From: Nitrospirales bacterium
GTDB taxonomy: Bacteria > Nitrospirota > Nitrospiria > Nitrospirales > UBA8639
Direction: 5' to 3'
Length of the DNA: 64,000 bases
NCBI GenBank assembly: GCA_965203295.1
Contig: CBDBCZ010000018.1
Coordinates: 2,464,001-2,528,000 of the forward strand
Part shown: positions 39,101-51,537 of the stretch, one piece after another
Layout: each line of letters opens with the position of its first letter
How positions within the stretch are numbered: position 1 is the first letter of the stretch
Translations under genes and position numbers: made by a program
The notes under the pieces: model-generated
Database searches by the model: none
Told to the model about the DNA's origin: nothing
What the model saw: the letters and a program-made list of their open reading frames with translations, nothing else

Positions 39101-39923
39101 TGGTAATGGTGAGACATCTGGTTGCTCTTGCTCTTGTCCTCTGACTGGAGATCTTTCAAGCTTCGCCTGCGTATGTGGGTGCGTGGTCGATGGCATAAGC
39201 GCTACGGCAGCAACATGAGTAGTTATTCTGCAAAGCAACACATTTTTATCTAAAATAGCTAGGGTACAGGGGACTTACTAACTGGTAAGAGTGCATACGT
39301 TGTAAGATATACACTTTTTTTGTAGCTGCAGTGCTCAGGTTATGTATGAAAAAAAATCTGATTATGGTGCCTTAAAAATTCACCAACCAGCCTGAACTGC
39401 ACTTAATTGATATGGGAAGGCCATTAGCAATGAGAATGCATGCATGTATGCAGCTCAGTGTCATAACATACATATATTATACATGCATTATTAATCCCTA
39501 GTGTAGACCCCTTTGTGTAAATAGCAACTACCTGTTCATTGCAAGCCTCTGTATTAACTGTCCTTGGGTTAATTGTTCTTGGCTTTTGCTGAAATCATCA
39601 CTGAGGCGTGGTTGGACATGTCAGATGTATCTAGAGATGGCAATCTGAAAAGTAGTGTGGTGTGTTCCTGCCTTGTACGCTACTTTTGGGGGGATTCATC
39701 CCCGTACGTTTTTTCATTTTTCGAATGTAACTATGCATGCTACTTGACATTCTGAGCCTGTAGTGCTCAGCAATTTAGTATTGACAATGAACTTTCAATA
39801 ACATTTGAATTGTACACAGCTGGCACAGCAACACAGTGAACAGTACAAAGATCACACTGGCCTGCTGCCCCAAGTACAGACCTTTACCCACAGGAGACAT
39901 GCCTCCGCACCCCCTCTGTCAAG
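36169..39923 (+). CDS. FAM166C/C2orf70 (CIMIP2C)-like ciliary microtubule inner protein, multi-exon, model incomplete
   Basis: Phase-compatible exons 36169-36230, 37229-37306, 37954-38049 give MNVLPNVTGSSVGCSDSHTPGYGGYCPIKDTYGATFGTATKHYHQIVHQESLNSSRKP..; exon 39820-39923 LAQQHSEQYKDHTGLLPQVQTF resembles C2orf70 MVQQHRKYYQDKTGTVPRV; a linking exon and the 3' end are unresolved. Confidence 0.7.
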
Positions 39924-40135
39924 GTATGACATTGCTTTTAAAGTTACTGTAGTTACGAAACATTTTTTGATGCTACGTAGGTGGTTACTTATTTTTCAAT
40001 CTCAGGGAAGTGTTAAATAGAGAATTATGAGGGGGAGGCATGCCCACAGACCCCCTTGCAATTGAAGGACGTTTGCTAGTTCAGCATATGAAAACCTGCA
40101 ACCTGTATAGTTCATATGATTAATCCAAAACCAGA

Positions 40136-40567
40136 TTTTTACCAGCCGGAGCGCGCGCAGCGCGCGAACGGCTGGTACTAAGATTGATTTACGTTTTCCG
40201 CGTCTGTTTGTTTGTTTGTTTGTCTGTCTGTTTGTGCGTCCACACTTATCACGTGCGCAAAATATTACGTCATACGTTACTATGCAACTGCAGTGTATAG
40301 CAGCTTTTGGAAGTTTGCGGGCCAAGCTACAGCAAATGAAGATAGCTTTGTGTTGCCTAGATGGCGAAAACGTGGTAGGTAGCCGTAAAGATCCTGTTTT
40401 GGTGGCGTATAGCTACTATCTGGAGGCGTATAACAAAACTGCTGAGTCAGCACTTTCGCTGTACCGTTCTAGGAATATAGTATCTCTGGCTCTACAGCTG
40501 TAGTTTAATAGCTTGGTCTAAGCTAAGTTGTGTGTATTGTACGGGAAAGGCGTCTGGCTGGTTTTTT
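40136..40567 (+). mobile_element. DINE-1/HINE-like non-autonomous Helentron
   Basis: ttttt-accagccg...cggctggt hairpin, then (GTTT/GTCT)n microsatellite, then 3' ggctggt-ttttt at 40556-40567. Confidence 0.6.
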
Positions 40568-41589
40568 AGACATGAAATGTCAGACTTGTTTTGACAGAAT
40601 GGTTTTTGTGGTCCCCCAGGACAATCTTCACAATTTCAAAATCAATTTTCAGTCCAAATTTGACCTTCTAGTATACAAAATGAAACATTAAACTCAAAAA
40701 ATGCCTGCTATCCAGTAAAACTAAATTTGGAATTTAGTATCTTCCAGTATAAGGAAATGAAACACTAAATTTATAACTCTTACACCCCCCCGGTAATCCA
40801 TCTGCAGTAGAACTGCATTCTGCTCGTAATAGTGTTCCAGTTTTGTGTGCCAATAGGTCCAGTTTGAATCAATACATACGTTGCATAGTTGAATTGAAGT
40901 ACGTAGTGAAGATTGTTCCAGAGAACAGTGAGCATCATTCCTCTGCAGATTATACTTAATCAATAAGACTTAGTGTGCAGTATATCTCAGTGTGTCAACT
41001 AGGTCACAAGTCTTTGGCCCAGTGTCGTATCGAAGATGTCCATCTGCCAGGGAGAGAGCTGTAAGAGACCTTCACTCTGAAAAACGATAACGTAATGAAT
41101 TCTCTCATTACATTGTTGTACAACATTTCCCCCCGTAGGACAAGATACTGCATGCACTGGTCCATGTTCAGAATGTATGCATGCTGGGTTCAAGCTGTGC
41201 GAAGTGGTGTACGTACGTACGTACGTACGTAAGTAACATTTGTTTTTTTTCTTCTCTGAATGTCACTTTTTGTTCACTAATTGTTAGGTTTTCAACTAGA
41301 ATGCACTGGATGTACTTTGATGTCATCTCTACAACCGCCTTGTCGTATACAGGTGATGGCTGTCTGTCTTTACACAACAGAAGCAAGATACATGATCCTG
41401 TCCTGAAGCTGACTAGATAACAGGCCACGCTGCACTGCAGTACTTCCCAGGTGATTAGGTATAGTTCTAGCTACACATACGTACATGCCTAAGTTCCTCT
41501 GATGGCAATTGGTACCATATCAATGTTTTAAGAACACCATAGGGTATTGTTCTCCCTGTTTTAACCCACCCAGAGCATATAATTAAGTC

Positions 41590-41780
41590 CACCCTTGAGT
41601 ATAAGCCCACACTGAGTATAAGCCCACTCTTGATTATAACCCCACCCCTGAGTATTAGCACATCCCTGAGTATAAGCCCACTCCTGAGTATAAGCCCACT
41701 CCTGAGTATAAGCCCACTGCTGAATATACGTAAGCCCACCCCTGAGTATTAGCACATCTCTGAATATTAGCCCACTCCTG
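41590..41780. repeat. 18-bp minisatellite x~10
   Basis: ctgagtataagcccactc units. Confidence 0.9.
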
Positions 41781-42672
41781 GACAGACAAAACATTAGAGC
41801 AGAGAGCTAAAAGTGATCATACTTGCATGCTATTCTAGCAGGCCTATATTGTACTGTGGCAGCTCAGGTGAAGCCAAAGCCAATAAAACTAATTTCACTG
41901 AGTGTTATAACCATGGCCAATCTAGTAGCTCATTGTGTTTTTGAAAAGGTTCATGGGTTCAATCCCCAGCTGTGCATTCTACCCTTGATGCAGACACTAT
42001 TGTATGTGCGCAACTGCGCATGCCGTATGCTGTCGCGCGCTTGTATATACTTAATGCTGGTTCGACAGTTTGTTGAGCACAATTAGAAGTACGCACTGTA
42101 AGACTATAGCATAATATAGTTTAATAAAACTGCAATCTGCTTGAGCCTATGGAGGTACTGTTTGATGACTATAGAATAGAATATTTTATTTTCGTGACAC
42201 GCATACACAAGAATGCCCGGCCTAAAACTAGGAGTCACAAATCAATAAATCAAATAACATAGAAAACCGGAAGAGTGAAAGTAGCTACAATGATGATAGA
42301 GTTAAAGTTGCAATCTAGATTTGTATAAATGTTTACCAATTAAATTACTATGACTATTAGCACAAAGGTATATGTAAATTTGTTAACAGTGGAGAGAGGA
42401 GAGAAAGAGGAGTCCATGCAGGAGAAGCTAGATCTCTGCTGGTCCAATGCCTTGCAAGACATTAATGTATTTCAGGCAGTTGAAAATAATTAAGCCTATA
42501 TAGTGCTTGCGTTCTCTGCCCATACGAATTTAGAGTGAGCGTGAGCGGCGGTGGCCTTCTGTGGAGCTGGAGCCATTTGCTAACATCAGCTGACCATCAG
42601 TACAACCTATTGATCATGAGGGAGAAAATGCAATGAATGCACTTGATCAATGAATACACTAGAACTTCTTAC

Positions 42673-42790
42673 TGCATGTGTTGCCGTTGCCACTGAATCC
42701 TACTCTGCAGGTGCATAAGTAGCTCCCATTGGTGTCAGTGCAGTCTGCTTTAGCATCAGTCATGAGAGCCCCTATCACATTCATTGATAT
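42673..42790 (-). pseudogene. Ca-binding EGF exon, frameshifted
   Basis: cag|DINECDRGSHD*../DAKADCTDTNGSYLCTCRVGFSGNGNTC|gtaag; 118 bp instead of 120. Confidence 0.85.
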
Positions 42791-42923
42791 CTGCATAGAA
42801 AAGAAACGACTACAGTAATTTCTCAGTAAGTGCAAATGTGACAATGGTTTCAGGCAATATACACTGGAATTGTGGGATAAATTGTTGATATTTAGTAAAA
42901 GCTCTAACTGAAATTGGGTTTAC

Positions 42924-43046
42924 TCGTGCAATTCACTCTATCCCCTTCATATCCAGTGACACATGTACAGTTGAAGCTTCTTTCAGTGTCTGAGCAGTTT
43001 GCATTTACGCTGCAGTTATCTGTGTCTCTTTCGCATTCATCAATGT
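42924..43046 (-). CDS. Ca-binding EGF exon (phase 1-1), probably part of a decayed gene
   Basis: DIDECERDTDNCSVNANCSDTERSFNCTCVTGYEGDRVNCT; 123 bp with AG/GT flanks. Confidence 0.8.
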
Positions 43047-44247
43047 CTTCATGGAGTAAAGTTCATGTATATAGAAACCAGCCATGTATCTTGAAGAATA
43101 GTGCTACTACATTATGCCGAGTCTGAAAATACACAGCTGAAGTTGTACTGTTACATCACAACAGATTGCGTCAGAGCCACAGTTGTGTCCTACTAGTGGA
43201 CACCTTAGAGAAGTGTAGTAAGTACGGCCCAGGAGTGGTCCAAAAACAATTACGTAAGTGAAAGCAGTCTACATGTCATGACTGAGTGGTTGTAAACCTT
43301 CATGCACTATACCTACAGAGAACTAATCCTGTTTCATGCTGCCTGGGTGACATAAAATGTGTAAGTAATAGAAACAAACTAATTTGGAGGAATTTGGTAA
43401 TCATGTAGGCTCCAACACTCCTTCTACATGCATTGTTCCAGGAAACACAGTGCATGTACAGATGAGGCAAATGTCTGAGCATTTAGCATTTGGACTACAG
43501 CTATTGGTACGTATTTCACATTCTGCATGAGTTTAATATTAAATTGCTGCTGCATCTTCTGACAAAATTAATTTCTATGCCAGAAAAGGCACCCTCCCCT
43601 TCAAGCCGACATTTGAAGAAACTAGCAGCTCTGTACGTAGGTACAGTGCACTAAAGTCTGACAATTTTGTGTTTATCTACAGCCAATTATTTATCTATGC
43701 TAAAAGGTACTGATAAGAATGTCCTGCATTCTTTTTTGATGAACAATTACTTGAAATTTAGCTTTATGGTACTGTAGCTATGTGTGTGCTTCTCTGAACT
43801 TGAGAGTTAAGAGTTCCAACCTCCCTGAAGTGTAGTGATTCAAGCGTAACACAGCTACATGTACCCTATATGCTCGTTATTTCATTTGTTACCGTATACT
43901 TACCATTTCGCATGCATGGAAGAATACACTCATGCTAAGCTACCAAGTGAATTTGTTAAATCGATGAAGTCTTGCTGTTTCTGTTTGGCTGAAAGTTGAG
44001 CAAGGTTACCTGGTTGGTTCGCCTATGCATCTGTGCTTGTCATGTGTGTGCAATTTTACATGTACATTATGTTACATGTAAACAGTGTCTACCAGACCAC
44101 TCCTTTTGTAGCCTGGGAATGAGGCTAGCAATCTTGTTGCTTCATCTTCACAACACCACGAAAGGTAGCTTCTGTTAGAATTATTCACATACTTTGAAAT
44201 TGTACCACACATCCACCCATAAAGTGTCCTTTTTTCTCTATCCATAG

Positions 44248-44685
44248 AGCATATTTCCAAGCCCAGAATATCAGTCCAGCCTTACAGCTCTACAGTAGTG
44301 TATGGACAGCCACTTCGCCTCTTCGTTGATGTCGAGAACCCTGACTCTTCAACAAAATTCCAATGGTACCGAAGCAATGAGCTGATTAATGGCCGTGAGA
44401 GCCGTGAGCTGCTTATCCACTCAGTCATTGACAGCGATGGAGGTGACTACTACTGTAGGGTCACTAATTGTGCTGGCTCAACGGATTCCCAAGTTGCTAG
44501 AGTCTCCATTAGCAATGGCCAGGGTCCCCTGGTACGTGCCCCAGACCGCTGGGGTCAGTATGGAAGAATGGGCTACCGGGGTCGAGGAGAACCAGAGGAC
44601 GAGGATGAGCCTTGTGGACAGCCAGTGCCATCATCTGCTCCACCTACGTCAGCAAATGCTTTTACCACTCAGGCGTCAGCATCAT
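44248..44685 (+). CDS. Ig-domain protein, penultimate exon (Ig domain + G/R/P-rich linker)
   Basis: Polypyrimidine-tag|HISKPRISVQP..LRLFVDV..KFQWYR..LLIHSVIDSDGGDYYCRVTNCAGS..|gtaag; 438 bp, phase 1-1. Confidence 0.85.
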
Positions 44686-44986
44686 GTAAGCTATTATGGT
44701 ATTCCATGTGGAAGCCTCATGGGAAGCAATACCTATACATGTAGATCTAGAAGAGTCAACACTTGCATACACACACTTCCTTTCCAATTAAAATGGGGGA
44801 GTGCGTGTAGTTATTTGAGAATGGCGGCCATCAGTGTCTGATGCTGCCGAATCAGCCTTACTCACTGCCGGTGAACCCCCATAGATCGCTACCACTACTT
44901 CTAGGTTGCTACACATGTTGCCCCCGTAAATCACTGCTGCCTCTCTGCAGGCAACTCCACTGCAGTACATGCTCTCAACTCTACTG

Positions 44987-45572
44987 TACCGTAGACTCGG
45001 GTTATTAAAATTAAGCGCACCTTTTTTATAAGCGCACTCCTTTTTATAAGCGCATACTTCCTTCCTGATTTTTGCTACTCGCTACTAAGCGCATGCATGC
45101 ACCCGATTAAACTTTAAACTTTGGGCTCTCTCAGCATGAGATCGAGATTGCAACGTGCTAAGTATTACCGAGTGTTTCACTGGAGATTCTCATGATGGCT
45201 ACGGCTGCTGGTGCTTCTATCCTTCTCTCGAACAGATCGGGAAAGGCTAAGAGGAAAAGCTATGCAAGAGAGTTCAAGCTGACTGTTGTCAACCACTATC
45301 ATGACAATAATTTGTACCAGACGTCCAATCGTTGAACACCAAGACGATTTTGTACACGTGGTGCTCTTGAATGATGCTTTCGTGAATCAGGATCGCATCT
45401 TCCCCCCTTGCCATGATAGCTAGCTAGCCATAGAACGAGTTGCGAAAGGTGGGTGGGACTAATGGGCGGTGCTAGACATCGCTATTTATAAGCGCACACT
45501 TTTTGTTAAGCGCATATTTCCTTGCTGCTCAGACTCATAAGCGCATGCGCTTAATAACCCGAGTCTACAGTA
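44987..45572 (+). mobile_element. pogo/Tigger-like (Tc1-mariner) deleted element in the Ig-gene intron
   Basis: TA-ended TIRs taccgtagactcgggttattaa / ttaataacccgagtctacagta (21 of 22 match); taagcgca subterminal repeats; internal MMATAAG..KAKRKSYAREFKLTVVNHY N-terminal DNA-binding fragment. Confidence 0.85.
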
Positions 45573-45846
45573 TGCTCTCTTAAATAGTCTCTTTGTCCTC
45601 TGGCAGGCTGTAATTACATTCCTGTAGTGTTACTACACATCAACCTGCACACATGGAGTCTATACAACACGATTGGTTGCTTTGCTTCTCTCCTCTCGTA
45701 CCCAGGCCTCCCGCCGGGAGGCCTGGGTACGAGTTATCTCGCTTGGTAATTATTGTGCTGCAGATGTAAATAAGTCATTACGGTGTACATGTTACCAGAA
45801 TTAAACTATCATCCAACTTATTGATTTCTCTCCCTCCCACTCACAG

Positions 45847-46124
45847 CACCAGTAGTGACAGATAAACCAGTGATCTCAGTGCACCCCCAGCCACAAGAGA
45901 TTGAACTCGGGGACCCCCTAACTCTGAGCTGCGTAGCCACTGGGTCCGGAGAACTCAGTTACCTGTGGTACTTCAATGGACTCTCCCTAAACAAAGAGGT
46001 CCAGTCAACCTACACTATCCACTGCTTCACCGATGAGGACGAAGGTCTATATACATGCAAAGTGTCCAATGATGGTGGCAGCACAATGTCACAAATGGCT
46101 CATGTAGTCATGAAACTTGACTAA
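45847..46124 (+). CDS. Ig-domain protein, last exon (I-set-like Ig, then stop)
   Basis: cag|PVVTDKPVISVHPQPQEIELGDPLTLSCVATGSGELSYLWYFNG..DEDEGLYTCKVSNDGGSTMS..KLD*; phase-compatible with the previous exon. Confidence 0.88.
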
Positions 46125-46959
46125 ATTACCTTAGTCGGCCACTGTGTCATTTACACAATATTTAATATGCATTGCTTAACTACTTTGATGTTGTTTCCAC
46201 TTTGTGTATTACTTTCAATTTTTGTATATAAGAATCATTCTGAAATGAATCTATATCATGGAAACTCATACTTGTATGGGCCAGCCAATTTGCCGTGTGT
46301 TCACCCTGACTATGATATACGCCTACCCTTACAGTACTTCAGGGGCCATGCATACTTCATGAGTTTGGGCCTTTATTTCTATGTACACAGGCGAGTGATA
46401 TTTTGTGCAGCTAATTCAGTGTTCCTTGTATCTCACTTATATGTCTGTGGATAAATGACAAGTACATGTAGAATGACCAGTAATTCTTCTGGGATTCTAC
46501 TGGTGATTACCAAATTGTTTCCAATGAATCCACATGATTTCCACTTTCAAGCTTCACAAGCTCATGTCTTGGACTAATAATGAATTAACTGCCAAAAAAG
46601 TGAGCGCTTCCACAGGCAATGTCATCCATTTCCATAATTATGCAGTACTTATATAGGCACTTATCTTTACTAATCCAAGACACTGGGAAAGTCTTGAACA
46701 ATACGTATAATGCCAATATTATCCGTAGGTCTTGGCTAACCCATACAACTGACATGTATACATATAACTAATACTATTTTGCCGTATCCAGTATTTCATG
46801 GTTACTAGTCACTCATCCAGTTTTCACTTATCCTGTTTGTATTTGGATACAACTTAATGCTGTTCCTTCCATGCATGTCACACACACACACACACACACA
46901 CACACAAGCACACACACAAAATGCAAATTCTATTGCTGCCACTAAGCGGTCACATGCAC

Positions 46960-47335
46960 CTGGTAAAGCCAGGCTGCTTGTGCACTAAGCAAGCACTATG
47001 AGCCAGTTCTAGCAAACTCATGGAGCTGGGCTAGGAGCTCGCCGAAGGACTGCCTGCTTCTCTCAGTGTCTGGTGTGGGCACCCGGAGTCCCACCTGGAC
47101 CAAGGCTGATACATGAGAGCAGTCAGTTGAATTTGCACCCCAGCAAATTGCCAGGTACCCATTACAGCTGGGTGGGCTGGTGTGTACTGGCAATTACATA
47201 ATACGTAATTCACACCAAATACATGTTAATGATAGAAAAAATGATATATAGTAGGTATATAGTCACCAGTCATCATGTGGGATTCGAACTACCACTTGGG
47301 TGTGAGTCCAGTGCTCTAACCACTAGCTCCACCAC
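46960..47335 (-). mobile_element. tRNA-derived SINE
   Basis: Head ggagctagtggttagagcactggact..gttcgaatccc; central cccacccagctgtaatgggtacctgg box typical of metazoan tRNA-SINEs; flanked by (CA)n. Confidence 0.65.
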
Positions 47336-47338
47336 TGT

Positions 47339-47438
<100 letters not shown>

Positions 47439-47532
47439 TGTATGTAGTCACCCTTTACACCACAAAATGCACACAGTTGGACACGCTGCCACTAGCTGCC
47501 ACATTAATAAATAAGACTGGTGTGGGGTTCAC

Positions 47533-47900
47533 TTAAGGTGATGTTCCACCCAAAGATAATATTATTTTGAACATTTATTTCTGTACACAAGCCAAGATAT
47601 CAATGTCAATTTTTCATTATTGTTTATGAATTTGGGACATCAATATCTTGGCTTGTCTACCCCCTATGCACCTGAAAGTTTCACCAAAGTCTCTAAAACC
47701 ACGAGTGCTATGCAATGACATTTAGTACTTCCTGAGGGGGGTCAAGGAAAAAAGTTGGAAAGTTAAATTTACCCTGTATGTTTCAAAAAGGTGTTTATTG
47801 AAGAGAACTCATTGAGAAAATTACTGGGTTGCATTTTTACCTTCATAGTCCCTACCATTTTTTGAGATTGAACGTCCAATTGGGTGGGACACCACTTTAA
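47533..47900. mobile_element. Kolobok-like MITE with TTAA TSD
   Basis: ttaa|ggtgatgttccaccca ... tgggtgggacaccact|ttaa; internal IR acaagccaagatat/atatcttggcttgt. Confidence 0.7.
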
Positions 47901-48540
47901 CTTTGTACCCAGTCTCTACTCCCCACTCAGCTGTTTCTGTGCAAAAAAGCTAGGTGGGGAGTAGAGACTGGTAGGTTCACTTGTATATGATCTGTGGCAA
48001 TACCAATAAAAAGGGATCCACTGCATAAAAGCGCTCTACATACGTTGCTAATATATGTAAGTGCACAGTCCAGGCAAATATGTTACTTATTGTAATACAC
48101 GTATGTAGATAGTTTGACTAAAATACCACAATGTGAGCACTGACAGTCAGTAAATGACCTTCGAGACAAAGCTGTACTGTAGTGCAACTTTGGCACAACA
48201 CACTACATGCAAACCTGTTTCACAATTAAGTATAGGCTAGAGACCGGATGCGAGCTCGTCACTACAAGGTTTTAGAAACTCAGAGCATAGATAATAGTCT
48301 ATTCTGAATCTGAATCCTGATTCCAGATCATCGTGCTCTTGTTCCGCGACTTTTACGTCTGGGGTATGGGTACGGGCTATAGGCAGCGAATTAGTTGTCC
48401 ACAAGGCCATCGCTAAGATGAGTACCTGTCAGAATCCGTCACACAGTCGATCTCGGGAGAGCATTTCCAGTGATGCTCATCTGATTAATCTCGTTCCCAG
48501 CCCTACAGGGCTGGGAATGAGACTATTCAGCAAATGTCAG

Positions 48541-48785
48541 GTATTTAGCAAATGACCATGGGTAAATGATCATGGTAAATGATCATGGTAAATGATCATG
48601 GTATTTAGCAATTACGTATTTAGTAAATGACCATGGGTATTTAGCAAATGCCAGGTAATAACCCTGGGTATTTACTAAGTAACCATGGGTATTTACTAAG
48701 TAACCATGGGTATTTACTAAGTAACCATGGGTATTTACTAAGTAACCATGAGTATTTACTAAATAACCATGGGTATTTAGTAAAT
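48541..48785. repeat. 21-bp minisatellite with 13-bp derivative units
   Basis: accatgggtatttactaagta x~6; gtaaatgatcatg x3. Confidence 0.92.
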
Positions 48786-49183
48786 GCCATATATTCTCTA
48801 GTCAAAGTATCTCAAAAAATTGATTTTGGCACAAACGGCACCCTAATTCACAGCTTTCTCAGACTTTGGCGAACCATAGGTACTAGCAGATGTGGATGTT
48901 AGTATGTTACTATGCCAACTTGGCTTACAGCAGTAGTGCAAAACGAGCTTTCAGCGTCAGCTAGCAATTTCTCAACATTCGCGTCAGCGACAGCTCCGCC
49001 TCGGTCAATAAGTAGGTTGTGGTTCAGCCAATTAGTCCCTCTGGTGCTCAAAACATTGTAGTAACCTTGTTGCTTGGTCTAACTAATACTTAAAGACCTA
49101 GCAATGATACAAAACTTCGACCTGTTTGCGTCTATTGCCATACCCCTTATTTAACGGGAAAATTTTCAATCAAATATCCAGAA

Positions 49184-49254
49184 GCAGGCGTGGCTTAGCG
49201 GCAATCGTTTCGCCTTTCACTGAAAAGGTCGCGGGTTCGAATCCGCCCGGGAAC
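49184..49254 (+). pseudogene. tRNA-like pseudogene (Val-like body, TTC in loop)
   Basis: A box tggcttagcgg, ttcgcct-ttc-ac..aaggtc, B box ggttcgaatcc, downstream T runs; acceptor and anticodon stems poorly paired. Confidence 0.6.
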
Positions 49255-50009
49255 TTTAATTTTCCTTTTTTTCTCTTGCGAATGTCTATAGGAATAGTAC
49301 TGATATAAAAGAGAGAAATGTTCATCTACTGTCACCAACACCCCCCGTGGTGCTGGGAGCAGTGGCGCAGTATCTGGAGACAGTGATCGCGAGTTCGAAT
49401 CTCGGCTCGTGCACTGAAGGTTTGGGGCATTATGGCTTAGGGACCGCCCCCTACCTCCCTTAATTCCAGTATAAACCTGTACACGCTGCGGAGTGGATCC
49501 ATCGGGGTCAGTTCTTGATTCGTTAGCCGCTTGAGCTTCCACATCCTGGCCCTTCGGGTGAAACTTTTTCTCTTTTTTTTTGAAAAAGTTTCGTTTTTTT
49601 TTTTTTTTAAACGCTCACTAAAAATGAACGCCAAGTTTGTTTTTGCTAATTTCTTTTTTTTTTTTGCTTTTGAAAAGTAACTTATTAAGCATTTTTTGTC
49701 TTTTCAATATATCAGTTGCTGTTTGATATTTAGCTGAGGGAATAAAATATTTCTGCAGAAACCCACTTGAGCACATGTAACTCTCACCAAAAACTGCAAC
49801 CTTACTCATTCTCATTAATATGGTGATTGTTCCCTTAATCTCACAGTTCTTTCTCTTTTCAAAATTCCCTCGCTGCTATAATTATATTCTTTTGTGGCTG
49901 TAATAGTAGAACCCTGTTCATGATTACACTCAGTTGTATTTGTCCTCAATTATATCTGCTGCAGAAGTCCACTCACAGCTGGACACCATTCATTCAGAAG
50001 CTCATCACA

Positions 50010-50130
50010 CCCAGGAGGAACCCGCCAATCTCCTGAGCAGGGAGATAGGTTTCTGCGAAAAGTGGACAGTCTGTTTCAGAGAGTACAAGTGTCCACTTGA
50101 TCTGAGGTTCATGATGAGAGCAAGTCCCGT
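50010..50130 (-). pseudogene. Possible non-LTR reverse transcriptase thumb-region remnant
   Basis: Frame reads HLYSLKQTVHFSQKPISLLRRLAGSSW, resembling the LLRRLAG(S/T)xWG motif; no YADD motif seen. Confidence 0.3.
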
Positions 50131-51537
50131 GTCTATTCAGCTGCAAACGCCGATCCCACCCCAACCAGAGGTGTAGGTGAGCATAGCCCCTCCTCCTATT
50201 TATAGACGTGTTCAATCATGTTAAATTATTTCACAATAGTCCACCACATCCGCTGGGACTGCCTGTTGTACACAAAGTCAGTGTACGGCAGTTTTGACCT
50301 TTGATTCTGGGCTAAGAGGCTCTGAATGAATGGAGATCAAGAACAGCTGCAAATTTCTTTTGGTTTCCCCATGCAGGGCAGAAGTCGCACATGGTCAGGC
50401 TTGGGGCTACTGTGGAGTACCACATCCTAGCCCTTCCCAGGATCCAGCTGAGAGCTGTTGCCCTCTCACAGCCGGTGAACTATATCGCAGAATGTAAGAG
50501 ACTTTTGGCAAAACTGAATTATTTTTTTGTGTTCCAAAGTCAGAATGACTGCACTACATATCGATCACTTCATCTGCCTGTTTAATACATGTACATCTGA
50601 TACTACGTGAGTGTGCGTACTTAATTTAATTCATTGTATGTTCCATTGTGTTCGTAATAGGTTCACTCTATGTGGCAGCCACCTCCCAATAATGGCCACT
50701 ATAATATTGTGGCCCAACCTACATATTGGTAATGCACAATGGACCTCATAATACAGTGAACACAACCACCTCTTCTATCACAGCCATGGTTGAAGGGTGA
50801 CTGCTTATTATAGAGTTCCAATATAGGCTTAGGCCAAGATTATTGTGGTCACCAATACCCTCCCGGTCTAGAACCAGGGTCAGAATGGCATCGGATGAAC
50901 TCCCTACTCAGTCTTGTGATTTACGTTGATGTGTTTGTTGATGTATTATAGTTACTGTTTGTTCAGGATGCCCACGCAGACCAGCTTAAGCTGATGGGAC
51001 ATTCCTGGATATCTATCTATCTATCCATCTATAACAATAGGCACGAAGAAGCATCAAGAATAATGCAGTAGTAATAGGGCAATTTTCAGTGAGTTTTGAA
51101 CAGAATATTCAGAATAGGCCTTGCCGACCACAAACCCCATTTCTACTGCACTTCTTTTCTATCTGTATAGAGCAAGCGAAGCGAGCAAGTTCAACTACAT
51201 GTAGCCCAGGTAGTTGTGCAAGAGAAGAGAGCACAACTACTTGTAGGTTTTGCTCTTTATTATGCCTAACTTGTGTATTAGTACTTGGACTTTATTGGAT
51301 TTCCTCTATAGCCTGTGCTATCTCATTGATGATACTTGTGTAAGGTTCACCTCAATCAACAGAATGACAAGTCATATTCCATACTGGAAGTCTCACCCAC
51401 TTGAAAATTGAAAACTGATTTAATATTACCAGCAGGCATACCAAAAATAGTCACATATTTGATATCAAGACGTAGTGGTGACTGTTAAGGTGTGAGTGAA
51501 AACAGCAAAAATGTGCATGCTAAACTTATACATGTAC

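Noticed and set aside
38629..39374. TTAA-bounded possible Kolobok element
   Set aside because: The two ends are not convincing inverted repeats
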